DNA of 55,404 bases, the filler included, from Asterionella formosa (taxonomy: Eukaryota), in NCBI GenBank assembly GCA_002256025.1. It is 4 parts of 4 records of this genome, joined end to end, with 100 filler letters (N's around TTAATTAATTAA, not from the genome) between each part and the next. Parts side by side here need not be neighbours in the genome. Positions count along the whole stretch, not along the records: positions 41,670 to 55,404 come from NKIB01006447.1; 3 more parts are not named here. One strand, written 5' to 3'. Below the pieces are notes generated by a model. It saw only the letters and a program-made list of their open reading frames with translations. It ran no database searches and had not been told where the DNA came from. The position numbers and the translations under genes were made by a program. Positions 50,450 through 55,404 of this stretch are shown here, piece by piece. Every line of letters starts with the position of its first letter. Position 1 is the stretch's first letter.

Positions 50450-53400
50450 GTATGAAGGCGAAACTAGAAAGGACTACTATAGTACTACAGCGACAATCTC
50501 GAAAATCGTCGTACATAAGCTACGGAGACTTCCGGGTCCCGACAGTTAAAAAAAAGACCAAAACCCGCTCTCCCCATGACGAAAGCGGAGACAAAGCTGC
50601 AGAAACAAAGCAGCGGCGACAGGAAGATCACAGTTGAGATACTCAAGAGGCAGATACTCAAGAGGCAGAAGGGCTCAAAGGGGCAGAAGACGGCATCAAA
50701 GCAGGACAAGGAGGCATCTAATTGACTTCGCAAGCAAGCGTTAATGAAGCAACAACGCTAATGGCTCTCAACAAAACCAAGGAGAAACTTGTTCACGAGT
50801 CAGACAAAATGGGAGTAAACCTCAACACAGCTCCAGATTATCCCCAGGAACAAGACAAGCCAATGCTGGACAGCACAACAGTAGCAGATTCAGACTCATC
50901 AATATCGGTGGGACACCCAGGTAACCAATCCTCCAACATGCTCATAACTACAATGGATAGCGATGCTATGGAAGGCTACACAATAAGTCAACCATATTCC
51001 CAGAGGAGAGCGGGCGCGGAAAAGTGGCACATCACAAGACAGGCAAAAAGGGGCGAAAAAGAGTGAGTCCAGACAACGCAGGTCACACAGTGAGGAATCC
51101 TTGGTTGATGTGGCCTCATCAGATGACGACAAAACCAGGGTTTCATCCAACAAAATGGATCTATCATCAGATAGATCCAAGAGCTCCAAAAGTCTCCAGT
51201 CAGGTGAAGAGACAAGCCAGTCATCAGTGGCATTTGTATCGATTGGAAAATGGCCAAAAGCAGACTTGGACAGCAGTCAGTTTGACACAGATATGGACAA
51301 CATAGTCAATCAAATTAATGCAGTGGGCAGAGGCAAGTCGAGGTATTCAAAGGCTCAGAGCGCCCGCCAATCAGTAATTGATCGAGAGCTCAGGACAGAA
51401 AATAAAGTTATCAAAACCCAAGGATATACAAGATCCCAGCAGGCAAACAGCAATCCAAAGTCAAACACCCTCCAGAAACAGATGCAGAGGCGTACAAAAG
51501 CAGACAAAACATCTCAATCATTGAAATGATAGAGTCAACCAGCACAGACCTCTGGGCATCATCTGCTTCAGAGAACGAGCAAAGAAAAACAAATGCAACA
51601 TTAATGGCACATCAAAAATACAGACAGGAGTCCTCAATGGCACCACTAGCCAATTCAAAAAAATGTCATCATGGCACATCACATCCACACTAAGAAGAAA
51701 GGTAGACACCACCAAAAAACTATAGGAGCACATTCCGGCGCTAGAAACAGACAGAGACAAAAGGAACAGCAGAGCAAAACATAAAATAACAGCAATCACA
51801 AGAACAGCAGACATCGAGTCTCAAACAACATGGGGAGACAAGCCCAAACAAATTGATGACGCAACCTTCAGGGCATTCTTTCAAAACATAAACGGATTAC
51901 ATATGCAGAGGACAGCGTCTGATCTCACATTCAATTTGGAGGCCATGAAAGGATTAGATGTTAGCTTATTTGGATGGGCGGAAACAAATACAAACTGGAA
52001 CAAACCAGATACGCAAAGAGAGTTCAGAGATAGTAGTGCCGCAGCAAGAGTCTTCAACACAGGTAAATCTGCGTTCTCCTCAAGTGATATTCCCTCAGAA
52101 TCAAAGTATAAACCAGGAGGAACACCATCCATCACAGTGACAGGCAAATGGTGTGGGAGGGCAGAGAAAGCGGCTGGCCAGGATCCATCGGGGATGGGCA
52201 GATTGAGCTATATGATATTAAAGGGCAAACTAGGCACAGAGCTAGTTACAATCACAGCATTTAGAGTATCTCAGGTCTCCATGCCTAAACACGGGGATGG
52301 TACTACCTGCCTACCACCAAGAGCACATGATCATGTCAAAGAATAGTAAAGAAAATCCGAATCCAAGGAAACAATTCATAATAGATATTATACTAGTATT
52401 CATCCAAAGTCATCAAGAAATGGGAAGGGAAATGCTTCTGATGCTAGATGAAAATGAAGAAATGGGCTCAGCATCCAAAGGTATCACTTCAATAGCACAT
52501 GAATGATAGAATGTTTCTGTCAACGCAGCACTCTACAGACTGCCAAAAGTATCTGCAAGCAGTAAAAGCCTACTGGAGAAATCACAACATACATGAGAGA
52601 GTAGGGAAACTACATGAAGAAATGCAGAGCATTGGAGGATCAGCAGTCAAGATAGAATGGGAAAGAATAGACATCGACATAGGGAGGGCGATGAAGATGG
52701 GGGAGAAGGCGTTGAAAAGGACAACCGGAAAATATGCCTGGTCTATGGCACTCAGAAAGGCATTATATGCAAGAAAATACTGGAAGAAGAGACTCAAGCT
52801 ATGTTAATATGGGGTCGAGGAGAGTAACACTCTTACAACCATAAGGAAGATAGCAGGGATAAATCACAAGGACATGGGAACAGGGGCAGATCTAATGCAA
52901 CTACAGCTCTAATTCAAAACGAGCGAAGTTCATCTAAAGGATATACAACGGACATCAGTTGAGTACAGAACCTCGGAACTTCAGGAACAAATAAACCAAC
53001 TCGAAGGAAGATCTTCTAGGGAAGCAAAACAAACCATCAGCAGATTAAAATCCAAACTAAGATCAGAACAAAGGAAAGAGGGCTTCAAGCGGTTGAATGG
53101 AGTTTTCATTCCAAGATAGGGAGGAGGAGCACTCTCCAAACTATTAATCCCGGTACGAGGGGAAACAGAGGATCATCAAATAACATGGAAGACAGAATTC
53201 GAGGCAGAGGGCCTAGAAACTGCACTACTCGAACAATGCCACAGTCAACATAGGAGAGCATCGGAAACTCAGTTTGGCCATGGGCCTAGCTATACAGGAG
53301 CTACTAGGATTCGGTGGCCTCACCAAGACTTTGGACCAGTTACTCAGGGGCACTATGTTTGAGAACTACGATCAAGCGTGTTTTCCAGGAGTGAGAGCTT

Positions 53401-55404
53401 TTGTGGAGGCAATGATAATACCCAAGGAGATGAGAAATTTAAGCAAAATGAACACCGTCATAACCAAGGAGGATTTTATTAGGGGAATCTCAGCATGAAA
53501 AAAAATGACATCAACCTCACCTAGTAGTGGCAGAGACTTAGGGCACTACAAAGCTGCACTAAAAGACCAAGAACTAACGTTAGCATGCTCACAAAGAGTT
53601 CTCCAAATGCTATTATCAAATGAATCATTGGCATTGGAACTCCTTAGGATACCCCAAAATGTCAACCCGAGCCTCTCCAGAAAATGAACCAGATACAGGA
53701 GTGTACGAAACTTCACCAGGACTATTTGAGGCTCTAGAAATAAGGTTGGGGCGAGAACCAACGAAGCAAATCATCACATATAGAGCGCCACATCTCAGCA
53801 ACAAATCATTGGGAGTGTTGACAAGCCCGACAGGCAAATGGAACGACGAGGCGGCTAGACTACAATGCAAAAGTAATGAACATGCAGAGAAATAACTCTC
53901 AAATTACAGGCGCACAGAACCATCTGGGCGGCACAGCTGACCTACTTACTTCCAATAACAGGATTGAACCAACTTCAATTAGAAAAAATCCATCTAAGGG
54001 CAAGACAGGCCAGTTTAGCAAGGACGGGATACAACCAAAATTTTCCCAACAAGGCATCAGTATATGGGCCTATAGCAAGGGGCGCGTTGAGCATGGTAGA
54101 TCTCACGTCAGAACAGGGAATCAGAGCAGCAAAAGGATACCTGTACCACAAATACATTGACGATGAGGTCGCAAAACTGATGGACATATCGCTCCGCACA
54201 GCGCAACTGGAATCAGGTCACGAGGAACAATTGCTACTCCATCCAAGAATCAAAGTAAAATACTTAACCAATTCCTGGATAACAAACCTACAGGACTTCT
54301 TCGGAAGTCACAAGATGCAAATTGAAATTAGCAACCCCTGGTCACCTCATACATCTTGCAAACACGACGCCATGATAATGCCAGAGATAATAAAACATGG
54401 AGTAAGCCCCTACAAGCAATTTCACAAAAATGCTTGCAGAATGTATCTTCAAGTTTCTACGCTCTCCGACATAGCAACGGCGGACGGCACAGGAATAAGG
54501 CCAGAAAAAATGGAATGCCTCTGAATCAGCCATCGCAAAACGAGATGGATATGGCCAAATCAACCAGAGCCAACGGACCTGCAGAAACAAGACTGGAAAG
54601 CGGCGATATCAAAACAATTTCTAACACAAGGATAAAACAAAATGTTACAGCTCAAACAACAGCTGGGCAACGGGCGCTCGGAACCATCAATGGAATGGGG
54701 TCAACGTCTTCACTTGCCAACCAAAACTCTATGGATCTTCTCAAATGAAAAGAAGCTGTGGAAAATCTACAGCAACATCTCAAGACAACCAACCAGACTA
54801 AAATTTGACATGAAAACGACTGGACAGAGTACATCAGGGAGCCCACCACAGGACAGCAGACCATGTGATCTACTCGACACAGGCAGGGTACAGTACAGAC
54901 AAAGTGATGAAAGGATGCCCCCATCAGAGCCTGTTACCTTTCCCACGCTATCACGCCAGACTTTTAAAAAATCTCCATTTTGCACCAATGGGATCCAACC
55001 GCCTCATAAGACATCTTCGCCAGGGCCTGCGCATCAATATAGCGAAAGATGACTCTCTGTTAGTGGACGGCAGAAGCTCCTTTGGATGGTGCATGGGATT
55101 GACTCGGACTGGAGAAAAGATTAGGGAAACTATAGCCCTCTGCTCAGGTCCAGTAGATGGAGACAAGAGAGCAAACAGCTCCACTAGGGCAGAGCTATTT
55201 GGGATTGCTTCGAGTCTCCTCTTCATATCATCCTTCATAGAATTCCACAAATTGGATACGACATCAATGTTGTATCTCTGGAGCGACAGTGCGGCCTCTT
55301 TGGCCAGACTTCACTTTCTTTCCTGGCTGGTCGAGGCATCCAGGGAGACCACAGGCAAATGCGGATATAGTTTCCACTATAGCGGAACTCATTTAAACAC
55401 TTCC
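50450..55404 (+). mobile_element. Degenerate non-LTR retrotransposon (APE endonuclease - RT - RNase H, Ambal-like architecture); 5' boundary approximate, runs off the window
   Basis: APE motifs FRAFFQNINGL, GWAETNTNW, YKPGG, DPSGMGRLS, ITAFRV. Pre-RT TSPSSGRDLGHYKA; post-RT KSLGVLTSPTG and VYGPIARGAL. RNase H-like FGW...CSGPVDG...NSSTRAELFG...WSDS. A-rich sense strand, many stops. Confidence 0.85.

Overview
Eukaryotic nuclear DNA, almost certainly a diatom: short GT-AG introns, ASAFAP-type bipartite plastid presequences, plastid GapC1 and diatom-type transposons. Seven apparently intact host genes sit as islands in dense, mostly decayed transposon sequence. They are plastid GAPDH GapC1 (1672-2956, 1 intron), a signal-peptide ubiquilin-like UBL+STI1 protein (3589-4441, 1 intron; candidate periplastidal SELMA factor), GRWD1/Rrb1 (9703-11055), an unknown plastid-targeted membrane protein (14194-14889), a thylakoid-lumen FKBP (24104-24703), LrgB/PLGG1 (25765-27311, 1 intron) and a ~1341-aa secreted Cys-rich/CBM1-like + PT-linker + G8/beta-helix protein (46136-50237, 1 intron). 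Mobile DNA comprises a Crypton-like remnant, PIF/Harbinger elements (one two-ORF copy, two terminal fragments, a MITE abutting a second element), a large Plavaka/CMC-like element with a Ulp1-like protease ORF (plus a 3.4-kb partial copy), two Copia gag remnants, hAT-like ends and a LINE (APE-RT-RNaseH) whose RT core appears deleted. There are five assembly gaps, three with an artificial TTAATTAATTAA spacer. All family calls come from motif recognition by eye; no searches were run.
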